Shown piece after piece: positions 43,971 to 54,024 of a stretch of 54,024 nt of DNA. Source of the stretch: a virus (Duplodnaviria > Caudoviricetes); IMG/VR virus record IMGVR_UViG_3300027741_000087, positions 1-54,024 of that record; one strand, 5' to 3'. A model generated the notes under the pieces. It made no database searches. It was not told the origin of the DNA and was given only the letters and a program-made list of their open reading frames with translations. How positions within the stretch are numbered: position 1 is the stretch's first letter; every line of letters starts with the position of its first letter. The translations under genes and the position numbers were made by a program.

Positions 43971-46676
43971 ATGTCTGATAACGCACGCTTTCATAATAAG
44001 CTCCACAGAAGAAACCACCATACTAAAGCAACGGATGGTTTTCCTGATTCAGCTACTGATCCAATCGCTTCTTATACGGAGCCGTTTCAAGGTGATTTCG
44101 TTGTTAATGGTAATCTTAGTGCGTCAGGTAGTATTTTTAGCGTCTACTACACATTATCAAATATTAATATTGCTTCACCTATTCTGTCAGCGAATGTTGG
44201 CTTTAAGCCTACAAATTCTCTTATTGTAGTACTTTCAGGTATTAGTTACGCGATTCCGCTTACATACGTTGGTAGTTCAACATTTAATAATGGTGCATCA
44301 GGTGTGAGCTCGCTCTCGTCCTACGTAACGTACCTTGGACCTGTAAGTGTTGTTGGAGCGATTTCAGGTAGAGATGCCAATAATTGGAATAGTGTCTATT
44401 CTGTTGTTACCGCTAATAGTGCTTTTTGGAGTAACGCATACAGTCAGTTAACTGGCGGTATTACTACTAATTGGAATACTGCGTATACGCAAGGAACCGC
44501 ATACGCTAACACCTCATCAACGTTTATACCTTATGTATCAGCGAATACACTCTACGCACCGCTTTCCTCAAAAGCATATACGATAAATTTAAGCGGTAAT
44601 ATCGTACCGGTTTCAGGTAATAATGTAAGTCTCTCTGGTTATTATGCCGTAGTAGCAGGGGGTAGCTTTAACAGTATTGTTAGTAGTAGTTATTCAAATA
44701 TTAACGGCGGCTTTGTTAATTCTTTAACCGGGAATTATACAAGTATTGTCGGTGGTAGTGGTAACTGTGTTAATGGTAACTATTCTGTAGTCGCAGGCGG
44801 TGTTGGTAATTACGCCTCTTGTAGATATTCTAATATAGGTGGTGGTTATTATAACGTAGCTTTAGGCAATTATTCAAGTATTAACGGTGGTTTTTGTAAC
44901 AACGTTACCGGGGATTATTCAAATATAGTAGGTGGTTGTACTAATGCCGTATCAAATGACTATTCTTATGTAGTAGGTGGTAGTGGTAACGTCGTGCAGA
45001 GTAGAAAATCTGGAATTATTAACGGGTTTGATAATACATTGTCCGCGACTAACTCCCTTATTGCCGGCTGTAATAACACTGCTGTTAATTTAAATAACGT
45101 ATTTGTATTTGGCTCAAATATTACAGCAACAACAAGCGATTACACGTACGTAAATAATATTTCTGCTCAAAGCTTTATAAGATCATCTAGTGCGTATCTT
45201 GATTTTATTGATGTGAGCCCGGGCAATATCGGCACAACTCTTCCAAACACCCGTGGCCAGTTCTTTTCTAATGTTAACTCGTATTCGCAAGTTAATCATC
45301 AAAACATTAATAGCGGTACAGGTGCCACGACGGATTTTATTGCTACAAACGACGCCGGTAGTGATGTTTCTGGTTATATAGATGTCGGTATTAATAGTAG
45401 TACATATAATATGTCAGCATTTTCTGTGACAGGACCGAATGATGCGTATCTCTATACCGCCGGTGCCGGTAATTTAGTTGTTGGTACATCTGGTATCGGT
45501 AATATTGTGTTCTTTACAAGTAACACTTTATCAGCTAACGAGGTAGTAAGAATTACAAACAGTGGTAATGTTGGCATAGGTATTTCACGACCCGGTAGTA
45601 AGCTCACAGTTACTGGTGATATATCTGCAAGTGGTGCGCTCTACGGTAATAACGCTGTTTATATACGTAGCGTTAATCAAAGTATTGCACCAGTAAGAGG
45701 CAATAACACGGCATCCGGTGTTTATTCTTCTATAGGTGGCGGCTGTGGTAACAGTGTTGTCGGTAATTACTCCGGTATTTCAAGTGGTAATAGTAATGTA
45801 GCCACGGTAAGTGGTGTGTTTATTGGCGGTGGTGTGTTAAATACCGGGTCCGGTGTTTATAGTACAATTACTGGTGGTTGTCTTAATAACGCATCTTGTG
45901 CTTATAGTAATATTGTCGGTGGTGTATCTAACTGTACACAACAAATATATGCGTTTATCGGTGGTGGAAACACGAACACTGCGTCTAATTCCGGATCTGT
46001 AGTTACTGGTGGCTCGTACAACTCAGCATCAGGTGTATATAACGTAATAGGTGGCGGTACGAATAATAATAACTGTGGTGATTATTCAATAATAGTAGGT
46101 GGTAAAAATAATACTATATACCCGTCTGCATCGAGCTCTGTTATATTAGGATCTGATATATCTGCAAATTTACCAAATACCACATACGTATGTAATCTTG
46201 TTTCCTGCGGTGATGTTTGTGGTAGTATGCTATACGGTGACGGCTCAAATCTATCTAATATTGTACAAGTATGCCAATTACCGTATTACGTATATCACCA
46301 CATACCGAGTGCGATATACCCGGTTAGTGGTTCGAATTTAATGGCAAATAACGGTTGTTATTCGACGATCGCGGGTGGTGCGAATAATTCGCTATCTGGT
46401 AGCTTTTCATTTATCGCCGCCGGGTCAGGTAATAATACAAACTCCTTCAATAATACGTTTATTTTAGGATCTAACCTACAAGCTTCTCGTGCAAACTATA
46501 CATATGTTAACAATATTAGTTCCAAGGGTACAGTAGCTGGTAGTGTAGTTGCTGCACAAACTTTCTATATTAGTAATTCAATTGAAGCTACAGTTTCCGG
46601 CCCTGTAACGAAGAAATTCCCAGTATATGATCAAAACGGTAACTTACTGGGCTACATACCGATTTACGCATCGTAG
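43971..46676 (+). CDS. Fibre/virion structural protein with GG-x-x-N repeats
   Basis: 14-aa periodic repeats; GNVGIG.S.P..KL.V.G motif; C-terminal YD..GN..GYIP.Y shared with 47682..52391. Confidence 0.75.
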   Translation: MSDNARFHNKLHRRNHHTKATDGFPDSATDPIASYTEPFQGDFVVNGNLSASGSIFSVYYTLSNINIASPILSANVGFKPTNSLIVVLSGISYAIPLTYVGSSTFNNGASGVSSLSSYVTYLGPVSVVGAISGRDANNWNSVYSVVTANSAFWSNAYSQLTGGITTNWNTAYTQGTAYANTSSTFIPYVSANTLYAPLSSKAYTINLSGNIVPVSGNNVSLSGYYAVVAGGSFNSIVSSSYSNINGGFVNSLTGNYTSIVGGSGNCVNGNYSVVAGGVGNYASCRYSNIGGGYYNVALGNYSSINGGFCNNVTGDYSNIVGGCTNAVSNDYSYVVGGSGNVVQSRKSGIINGFDNTLSATNSLIAGCNNTAVNLNNVFVFGSNITATTSDYTYVNNISAQSFIRSSSAYLDFIDVSPGNIGTTLPNTRGQFFSNVNSYSQVNHQNINSGTGATTDFIATNDAGSDVSGYIDVGINSSTYNMSAFSVTGPNDAYLYTAGAGNLVVGTSGIGNIVFFTSNTLSANEVVRITNSGNVGIGISRPGSKLTVTGDISASGALYGNNAVYIRSVNQSIAPVRGNNTASGVYSSIGGGCGNSVVGNYSGISSGNSNVATVSGVFIGGGVLNTGSGVYSTITGGCLNNASCAYSNIVGGVSNCTQQIYAFIGGGNTNTASNSGSVVTGGSYNSASGVYNVIGGGTNNNNCGDYSIIVGGKNNTIYPSASSSVILGSDISANLPNTTYVCNLVSCGDVCGSMLYGDGSNLSNIVQVCQLPYYVYHHIPSAIYPVSGSNLMANNGCYSTIAGGANNSLSGSFSFIAAGSGNNTNSFNNTFILGSNLQASRANYTYVNNISSKGTVAGSVVAAQTFYISNSIEATVSGPVTKKFPVYDQNGNLLGYIPIYAS

Positions 46677-46696
46677 TGCTCTTATAAGTATATTAT

Positions 46697-47662
46697 ATGT
46701 ATACTTTACCTTCCGATACTGTAGCTAGTACAGTTTACTTTACAAAGTATCTTGATCCATCGAAAGATATTGTTATCACGTTTGACTTTGCATGTTATGG
46801 TCCAGTTAGCATGGGGTCAGAGGGGTTTTGCGTATTTTTATCTGATACATCGTTTAACTCGATACGCTACGGTGGTCCGGGCCCGGGCTTAGGGTATTCA
46901 AGTGTTTCAGGTGTCAAGGCCAATACACGAATTAATTTTCCTGGGTTGTTAGGAGGGGTTATAGGTGTAGGTTTTGATATTACCGGTAATTTTAGTAGCA
47001 ATAAATACAGCCGTACAGGGCTTTCAATAACTAACAAAAATTCTATTACTATTAGAGGTTCACATACTTCGTATATCCCTAAACTTTCCGGTTATCCGTA
47101 TTTAACATCGACAAATAACTTATATTACTACAATCCACTCTCACCGTTTAATATCTACGAGCAAATAACCGATAATAGATTACCTGCATTTAAAACAGCA
47201 CGTGTACGGTTATCTGATTTTGGCATGCGACTGCTTGTAGATTTGAAAAACCCACAAGACGAGGTATATACAAATTATCTAGATTATAACTTAAGTGGGA
47301 GCGTGGTGTGGCCTGAATCAATACGAATCGGATTAGCATTTTCTACCGGTCTTCAAACAAATACAATTTTTAAAATTAAAAATTTTAATCTTAATGGCGT
47401 GTTTACAGACGTAATTAGCCCAGATTATAATATCTATAGTTATAATATTGATCCTGTTACGCTCCAGGGTTCAACCATATCGTACGTGAAGGCAATTAGT
47501 GCTCTACTACCGGGTGACCTTTTAAGTGTAACAAATGTCGGTACATATAACGCAGCTTACAGTGGTAGTAGTAATCCTCTTATGTATGTTGACCCACAAT
47601 ACGGGCCTGAGGGTGCACCTTATCTGGTTGATGATGATTTTGTTAAAATAACACCGATTTAG
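46697..47662 (+). CDS. L-type (legume/ConA-like) lectin domain protein
   Basis: F.F.....GSEGFCVFL.D...GG.G.GLGY...IGVGFD..GNF. Confidence 0.65.
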   Translation: MYTLPSDTVASTVYFTKYLDPSKDIVITFDFACYGPVSMGSEGFCVFLSDTSFNSIRYGGPGPGLGYSSVSGVKANTRINFPGLLGGVIGVGFDITGNFSSNKYSRTGLSITNKNSITIRGSHTSYIPKLSGYPYLTSTNNLYYYNPLSPFNIYEQITDNRLPAFKTARVRLSDFGMRLLVDLKNPQDEVYTNYLDYNLSGSVVWPESIRIGLAFSTGLQTNTIFKIKNFNLNGVFTDVISPDYNIYSYNIDPVTLQGSTISYVKAISALLPGDLLSVTNVGTYNAAYSGSSNPLMYVDPQYGPEGAPYLVDDDFVKITPI

Positions 47663-47681
47663 TAATAAATACTCTTGTTAT

Positions 47682-50600
47682 ATGGCCAATAATATTGCAG
47701 CAACACTCTCACTCAACGTATCGGCTATTTCAGCTATTTGTACCGGGCCTCGAGGCTCAATAATATTTACCGGCTACGGTGTACCAACAACAGCCGGTGT
47801 AAATAACGATTATTATATTGATTTAAATACCACAATTCTTTATAACAAAATTAATTTTGCCTGGCGACCACTTTTTACATTAACTCGATCGATAACAAGC
47901 GCTGGTTTTACAGTTTTTAATAGTATTTCTACAAATGTTAGTATAGTACCGTCATACGGTAGCTCTAATACGCTAAGTGGACCAAACCTCGTTATTTTAG
48001 GCGGTAATAACAATAGCTTATCTGGTGGTAATTCTTTTATTATAGGTACGAATATAACAGCTGCTGCGTCGGGTTTTGTATTTACGAATAATCTATCAAG
48101 TACAGGCGTAATATACAGTAGTAGTGGTAATAGTAATGTATGGAGCGGTGTATATACTACTACTAATACATCATCGGCTAATTGGAATAATGCTTATACA
48201 GCTACTAGTACGTTTTCTGGTGACTGGAACAATGCTTATACAGCATTAACAGCATCATCTGCTAACTGGAATAATGCTTATACAGCATTAACAAGTACAT
48301 CTGCTAACTGGAACAATGCTTATACAGCTACTAGTACGTTTTCTGGTGACTGGAACAATGCTTATACAGCATTAACAGCATCATCTGCTAACTGGAATAA
48401 TGCTTATACAGCTACCAGTACGTTTTCCGGTGACTGGAACAATGCTTATACAGCATTAACAGCATCATCTGCTAACTGGAATAATGCCTATACAGCTACC
48501 AGTACGTTTTCCGGTGACTGGAACAGTTCCTATACAGCATTAACAAGTACTTCTGCTAATTGGAACAGTGCTTATACTACTCTGACCGCTACATCGGCAA
48601 AGTGGAATAATGCTTATACGCTATCAACAGGATTATCCTCTTTAAGCTCTAATTGGCAATCTGTATACACGACAACAAATACATCTTCCGCTAACTGGAC
48701 TAGTGCATATACAACACTAACTGCAACAAGTGCTTCTTGGATTACCAAACCTACCGCAGATACACTTTACGCACCTCTCTCAACTCGTGCTTATATCCAG
48801 ATTACAAGCACGAAATCTATTATCCCGGTAGCGGGATCTAATACAGCATCAGGTGTGTATTCTGTTGTTGGTGGTGGTACGAATAATCAGGTAACAGACG
48901 CATGCGCAGCTGTATTTGGTGGTAGTAATAATAAAGCTCTGAGCGGCTATACTATTGTCGGCGGTGGTAGCTACAACTGCGCAACATCGGGATATGCATC
49001 TATCGTCGGTGGTTGCTTTAACAAAGCATTATCGGTGGGAGCGAGTGTTGTGGGCGGAGGAAGCAATACAGCATCTGGATACTATTCATTTATAGGTGGT
49101 GGTAAGAACAACACCGCCTCGGGTAATTTTGCATCTATTCTTGGCGGTACAAACAATGCTACTAACGGATTATCGAGTGTGTTTATTCTCGGCTCTAATA
49201 TTACCGCAACCGCGCCTAATTACACATATGTTAATAACATAACATCGCTCGGAGGCGTCTACGACGCTGGCGGTAACTCTACTAATTGGAACAGCGTATA
49301 TACTACTACTAATACATCATCTGCTAATTGGAATAACGCTTATACATCACTTACTGCATCATCGGCTAATTGGAACAGCGTATATACTACTACTAAAACC
49401 TTATCTACTAATTGGAATAACGCTTATACGGCATTAACAAGCACGTCAGCTAACTGGAATAACGCTTATACAGCTACTAATACATCATCTGCTAATTGGA
49501 ACAGTGCCTATACAGCATTGACAAGTACATCGGCTAATTGGAACAGTGCCTATACGGCATTGACAAGTACATCGGCTAATTGGAATAACGCTTATACAGC
49601 TACTAATACATCATCTGCTAATTGGAACAGTGCCTATACGGCATTAACAAGCACATCGGCTAATTGGAATAATGCTTATACAGCTACTAATACATCATCA
49701 GCTAACTGGAATAACGCTTATACAGCATTGACAAGTACATCGGCTAACTGGAATAATGCTTATACAGCATTGACAAGTACATCGGCTAATTGGAACAGCG
49801 TATATACTACTACTAAAACCTTATCTACTAATTGGAACAGTGCCTATACGGCATTGACAAGTACATCGGCTAACTGGAACAATGCTTATACAGCTACTAA
49901 TACATCATCTGCTAATTGGAATAACGCTTATACATCACTTACTGCATCATCAGCTAACTGGAACAATGCTTATACCACACTTACGGCATCATCGGCTAGT
50001 TGGAAAGGTACATACACCGTCGTAAGTGCAAATAGCGCTATTTGGGGCACGGGAGGAACTCCTGTTAATATATCTTTAGTAGCAGCTACTAGTGGTAGCT
50101 GGAACAGCACTTATACAACAGTTAATTCAAATAGCGCTAGTTGGGGTGCTGGTGGTTCCCCTTATTGTTCTACAGGATTTCATTCAATTCAACCAATTAT
50201 AGGTTGCAATACTGCTTCAGGAAATTATTCAGCTATTGTAAATGGCTCAGCTACAATACCAGCTGGTACAAACTCTTGTTACTATATAGGATATCAAGGT
50301 GCTGATGGGTGTCTGTATAGTGATAATACATGTTCAAGTTATATTGGTCAAAATTATCCAGGAATAAACGAAGGTGCTCTGTATTGCTGTCAGTCGTTTA
50401 CATATAATGTCGATATCCAAGGTAATAAAGCCTGTGGATCAAATAGCTTTATAGGTAATGGACAGAGTGCTTGTGGTACAAATAGCTGCTATTATTGTGT
50501 TGTAAACAACAATACAGCGAGTGCTTATTGTCAAGGCGGTGGATGTGTTGGTACATGGGGTTCAGTAAATGTTGTTACTGGATGTTTTTCGAGTATATTA

Positions 50601-52391
50601 AATGGTACAGGAAATACAGCTTCTGGAGGTTATTCTACTGTAGCTGGTGGTAGTCATAATACGGCTTCTGGGTATATTTCTAATGTAGCTGGCGGTTGTT
50701 GCAATATAGCTTACGGATCATATTCCCACGTAGGTGGGGGGTGTCTAAATTGTGCTTGTGATAGCGCTTCTGTTGTTGGTGGCCTCTGTAATTGTGCCTT
50801 TGGTGCAACCAGCTTTATAGGTGGTGGAGCAGGTAATTGTATATTTTGTGATTTTGATTCTTCTATTGTATCTGGATGTCAAAATAACGTCTATGGATGT
50901 AGAAGTATAGTTGGTGCAGGTGTTGGAAACCTAGTATGTGGAAACTGCTCTGGTATATTTTCTGGTCAAGTTAATTCAGCTTCTGGAGGTTTTTCAAATG
51001 TAGCTGGTGGTTGGTGTAACATAGCTTCTGGAGGTTATTCTACTGTAGCTGGCGGTCAGGGCAATATAGCTTCTGGGTATGTTTCAAATGTAGCTGGTGG
51101 TCATGGTAATATAGCTTGCGGGAATTGTTCTACAGTAGCTGGTGGTCAGGGTAATACAGCTTCTGGAGCCTTTTCTAATGTAGCTGGTGGTGCTATTAAT
51201 ATAGCTTCTGGCTTCCAATCAAATATAGCTGGTGGTAATGACCATACAGCTTCTGGTATCCGATCCAATGTAGCTGGTGGTTGGTGTAACACAGCTTCTG
51301 GATATTATTCAAATATAGCTGGTGGTAAATTTAATTCTGCTAGCGGATACGCTTCGAATGTAGCCGGCGGTGGTGGTAATACAGCTTCCGGAGTGGCTTC
51401 AAATGTAGCTGGTGGAGGAACCAATACAGCTTCTGGAAATTATTCAGCAATTCTCGGTGGTCATGATAATAATACAAACAACCGATGCAATACCTTTATC
51501 TTGGGCTCTAATATAACAGCTTTAAGTGCAAATTATACCTATGCAAATAATTTAAGTTCTCAGTGTAATATACGTGCAATGCGTTTTTACGGTGATGGGT
51601 CTAATTTAACTAACGTAGTAGCAGTTTCTACTATAAATATCCTCTATAGTACTGGTTTTCCGTATTCAAGTGGTTCGGTTGTATATTCTATTAAACCTAC
51701 TCTAGGAGGCAATACAGCTTCTTGCCTTTTTTCTAATGTAGCTGGTGGTTACGGTAATACAGCTTCAGGAAATTATGCAACCATAGCTGGTGGTTACGGT
51801 AATACAGCTTTAGGAGATTATGCAACCATAGCTGGTGGTTGGTATAATACAGTTTGCGGAATGGCTTCAAATGTAGCTGGTGGTGCTCATCAGCTAGTTT
51901 CTGGAAATGACTCCAATATAGCTGGTGGTGTTTGTAATACAGCTTCTGGATGGAGTTCTGCTATAGCTGGGGGTTGGTATAATACAGCTTCTGGGGATAG
52001 ATCAAATGTAGCTGGTGGTTACGGTAATACAGCTTCAGGAAATTATGCAACCATAGCTGGTGGTAGAAGTAATAATGCTTCTAATACCTATGCTAATGTA
52101 GCCGGTGGTTACGGTAATACAGCTTCGGGAAATTATTCAGCAATTCTCGGTGGTCATAATAATAATACAAACAACCGATGCAATACCTTTATCTTAGGCT
52201 CTAATATAACAGCTTTAAGTGCAAATTATACCTATGCAAATAATTTAAGTTCTCAGTGTAATATAACTAGTCAATGCTATTCGTTTGCTGGTAGTACTGG
52301 AGCTGCTGGTTCACTAGGAACATTTAGCTGCAGGGTTTCAGCTTATGATGGATTAGGTAACTATATTGGATATATTCCTTTGTACAAATAA
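47682..52391 (+). CDS. Long fibre protein with 11-aa W-N-x-A-Y-T repeats and Cys-rich 14-aa beta-solenoid repeats
   Basis: 1569-aa ORF after ATAAATA. Confidence 0.8.
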   Translation: MANNIAATLSLNVSAISAICTGPRGSIIFTGYGVPTTAGVNNDYYIDLNTTILYNKINFAWRPLFTLTRSITSAGFTVFNSISTNVSIVPSYGSSNTLSGPNLVILGGNNNSLSGGNSFIIGTNITAAASGFVFTNNLSSTGVIYSSSGNSNVWSGVYTTTNTSSANWNNAYTATSTFSGDWNNAYTALTASSANWNNAYTALTSTSANWNNAYTATSTFSGDWNNAYTALTASSANWNNAYTATSTFSGDWNNAYTALTASSANWNNAYTATSTFSGDWNSSYTALTSTSANWNSAYTTLTATSAKWNNAYTLSTGLSSLSSNWQSVYTTTNTSSANWTSAYTTLTATSASWITKPTADTLYAPLSTRAYIQITSTKSIIPVAGSNTASGVYSVVGGGTNNQVTDACAAVFGGSNNKALSGYTIVGGGSYNCATSGYASIVGGCFNKALSVGASVVGGGSNTASGYYSFIGGGKNNTASGNFASILGGTNNATNGLSSVFILGSNITATAPNYTYVNNITSLGGVYDAGGNSTNWNSVYTTTNTSSANWNNAYTSLTASSANWNSVYTTTKTLSTNWNNAYTALTSTSANWNNAYTATNTSSANWNSAYTALTSTSANWNSAYTALTSTSANWNNAYTATNTSSANWNSAYTALTSTSANWNNAYTATNTSSANWNNAYTALTSTSANWNNAYTALTSTSANWNSVYTTTKTLSTNWNSAYTALTSTSANWNNAYTATNTSSANWNNAYTSLTASSANWNNAYTTLTASSASWKGTYTVVSANSAIWGTGGTPVNISLVAATSGSWNSTYTTVNSNSASWGAGGSPYCSTGFHSIQPIIGCNTASGNYSAIVNGSATIPAGTNSCYYIGYQGADGCLYSDNTCSSYIGQNYPGINEGALYCCQSFTYNVDIQGNKACGSNSFIGNGQSACGTNSCYYCVVNNNTASAYCQGGGCVGTWGSVNVVTGCFSSILNGTGNTASGGYSTVAGGSHNTASGYISNVAGGCCNIAYGSYSHVGGGCLNCACDSASVVGGLCNCAFGATSFIGGGAGNCIFCDFDSSIVSGCQNNVYGCRSIVGAGVGNLVCGNCSGIFSGQVNSASGGFSNVAGGWCNIASGGYSTVAGGQGNIASGYVSNVAGGHGNIACGNCSTVAGGQGNTASGAFSNVAGGAINIASGFQSNIAGGNDHTASGIRSNVAGGWCNTASGYYSNIAGGKFNSASGYASNVAGGGGNTASGVASNVAGGGTNTASGNYSAILGGHDNNTNNRCNTFILGSNITALSANYTYANNLSSQCNIRAMRFYGDGSNLTNVVAVSTINILYSTGFPYSSGSVVYSIKPTLGGNTASCLFSNVAGGYGNTASGNYATIAGGYGNTALGDYATIAGGWYNTVCGMASNVAGGAHQLVSGNDSNIAGGVCNTASGWSSAIAGGWYNTASGDRSNVAGGYGNTASGNYATIAGGRSNNASNTYANVAGGYGNTASGNYSAILGGHNNNTNNRCNTFILGSNITALSANYTYANNLSSQCNITSQCYSFAGSTGAAGSLGTFSCRVSAYDGLGNYIGYIPLYK
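48140..48740 (+). repeat. In-frame 33-bp tandem repeat block 1
   Basis: TGGAA(C/T)AATGCTTATACAGC recurs every 33 bp (SANWNNAYTAL / FSGDWNNAYTA). Confidence 0.9.
49280..50005 (+). repeat. In-frame 33-bp tandem repeat block 2 (about 22 units)
   Basis: GCTAA(C/T)TGGAA(C/T)A(A/G) every 33 bp. Confidence 0.9.
50970..52170 (+). repeat. In-frame 42-bp repeats (SNVAGG..NTASG.Y) plus ~150-bp internal duplication (about 51423-51572 and 52116-52264)
   Basis: TAGCTGGTGGT...AATACAGCTTC recurrence. Confidence 0.85.
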
Positions 52392-52530
52392 GTTCTAACC
52401 TACATATACATTATTCTTATTAGGTAAATTACACTGCTTTATACAGGTAATCTATATAAATAGATGCTATTTGGTAACGTTAATCTTTGGTACCAGCTTG
52501 TAATTTTTACTTTTTTTATAAGTAATTACT

Positions 52531-54018
52531 GTGAGATCTCGTACTGTAACGCTATCTAATAATCAGTTTAATGTTCTTCCACAGACGCTTGACGGTAATA
52601 CTTTTTTTTCTGTTGGTGATGGTGGTCGGCCAAATTCTAATTTTGTATACCCACTAACAGCTGATAGTAGTGTTTTTACCGCTACTACGGGTACATTTAT
52701 TTACCCAGTTACAGCTGATGATACATTTTTTACACCGTGGACGTATAAAGGTAGAGTTGAAGAAATAATTGTTGGTCAAACCCTTGATCCTATTAAAGGA
52801 CCGTGTACAATTTTATTTTCACCATCCGGCTTACAAGCGACGTACTCTTCTATTTCAAAAATTATATACGATTTTGGTGACGGTACATCACAGGTTGTTT
52901 CGCGAATTATTAATCCAAAATATACTATCGGTAGTCCTACCTCAGCAGGAGATCCGAATACTATTAACGTCACACACGATTATTTTCCCATTAGCTCTAC
53001 AAGCGTAACAGTCTTTAATCCAACTGTTACAGTTTTTTATTCCAATCTTGTTAAAAGTGTTATAACTTTAACAATTTCCGCCACACCGCTTTCAATTTAT
53101 GATCTTGAAGATGTTCATTTAATTAATACTGTACAAGAAACAAATAAAACAACGACGCAAAATATTCTCGAAATTGCAGCTCCTAATTATCTTACAGTAG
53201 GGCGTATTATTAGCGCAGTTGATACATCATATAACCGCGTATCTTCCTTTAACCCAAATACTGCTTTATCAGGTTATAAGCATAATTTAATTTTATGGCT
53301 TGATGCTGCTGACGGACCAACACTACAAAAAAATAGTAGTAATAATGTGCTTAAATGGCAAGATAAAAGCTCGTATGCAACAGACTTCTATTCCGGAAAT
53401 TTTTCGCCCTTATATCAAACCGAGCGTGAAACAAAATCAGGAAGACGTGCTGTTTATATAAAAAATAACGCCACTCTTTATGCACCGGCGTGCTCGGCGT
53501 TTGACTCTATTTTTACCGGTCCTAATACATCTACCCAATCGTACGGTTATTCGGTGTTTTTTGTTGGCCATCTCAATAAAGTATCGGGTACAGTGTTTTC
53601 TTATGATATAAATGATGGCGCTGCAGCATATATACCAAATCTTAATATTTCTTTTGATACCACGCAATCATTAACAGTCGAGCAGGGTCATGTTCCTGGT
53701 GATGTACAGAGTATTTACCAGCCTACGACTATTAGTGGTATTTCCTACAACCTATCTGGCTATAGTTTGTATTCTGTAACGCTGAGTAGTGATAACAACT
53801 CTTGGCAGAACGGTATGAACGACACCGGCGCACTTAGCGCTTATGCAATCATACAAGCTGATACACTCTTAGTCCGGAGAAAGCAACAAAACTATAAATT
53901 TAATATTGATCAAAATTATGCATCTAATAGTTTAAAATCAATTATACAAATCGGAGCAAGTAATGCGTATCCGGGTAGAAATCTCGTTAATATGGAAATT
54001 TCAAATCCTTGTGTTTAA
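52531..54018 (+). CDS. Structural protein with PKD-like and LamG/ConA-like domains (may be truncated at the window edge)
   Basis: YDFGDGT; LILWLDAAD...V..W.DKS. Confidence 0.65.
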   Translation: MRSRTVTLSNNQFNVLPQTLDGNTFFSVGDGGRPNSNFVYPLTADSSVFTATTGTFIYPVTADDTFFTPWTYKGRVEEIIVGQTLDPIKGPCTILFSPSGLQATYSSISKIIYDFGDGTSQVVSRIINPKYTIGSPTSAGDPNTINVTHDYFPISSTSVTVFNPTVTVFYSNLVKSVITLTISATPLSIYDLEDVHLINTVQETNKTTTQNILEIAAPNYLTVGRIISAVDTSYNRVSSFNPNTALSGYKHNLILWLDAADGPTLQKNSSNNVLKWQDKSSYATDFYSGNFSPLYQTERETKSGRRAVYIKNNATLYAPACSAFDSIFTGPNTSTQSYGYSVFFVGHLNKVSGTVFSYDINDGAAAYIPNLNISFDTTQSLTVEQGHVPGDVQSIYQPTTISGISYNLSGYSLYSVTLSSDNNSWQNGMNDTGALSAYAIIQADTLLVRRKQQNYKFNIDQNYASNSLKSIIQIGASNAYPGRNLVNMEISNPCV

Positions 54019-54024
54019 TACCCC

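Noticed and set aside
48140-50005. CRISPR array
   Set aside because: Repeats are contiguous in-frame 33-bp coding units without unique spacers, and no cas genes are present

Overview
AT-rich 54-kb segment of a large T4-like/jumbo dsDNA bacteriophage genome, not a cellular chromosome. Evidence: TATAAATA late-promoter motifs, NrdA/NrdB, dCMP deaminase, Hsp20, bS21, a RadA-like ATPase, tRNAs and a tmRNA. Both ends (0.6-14.9 kb, minus; 44-54 kb, plus) encode giant Ser/Thr/Asn/Gly-rich fibre or virion-surface proteins, Gly-rich proteins, lectin-like domains and sulfotransferases. The middle (15-44 kb) is an accessory region with 12 apparently complete tRNAs, two truncated tRNAs, a tmRNA with a 34-aa tag, and many small ORFs. 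The most notable items are: (1) a tandem pair of LCIB/theta-class carbonic-anhydrase-like genes whose end abuts a truncated tRNA-Asp, near an IT-superfamily transporter and a beta-barrel gene; (2) a HiPIP-domain protein with a T4-like capsid-targeting leader and possible prohead-protease sites; (3) atypical tRNAs, namely a long-arm tRNA with a UAU anticodon and a Ser-type tRNA with an ACU anticodon; (4) an unassigned structured RNA candidate with an internally deleted second copy; (5) complementary 5' and 3' UTRs around hsp20. A Verrucomicrobia (PVC) host is suggested but not proven. All family assignments are from motif recognition by eye; no searches were run.
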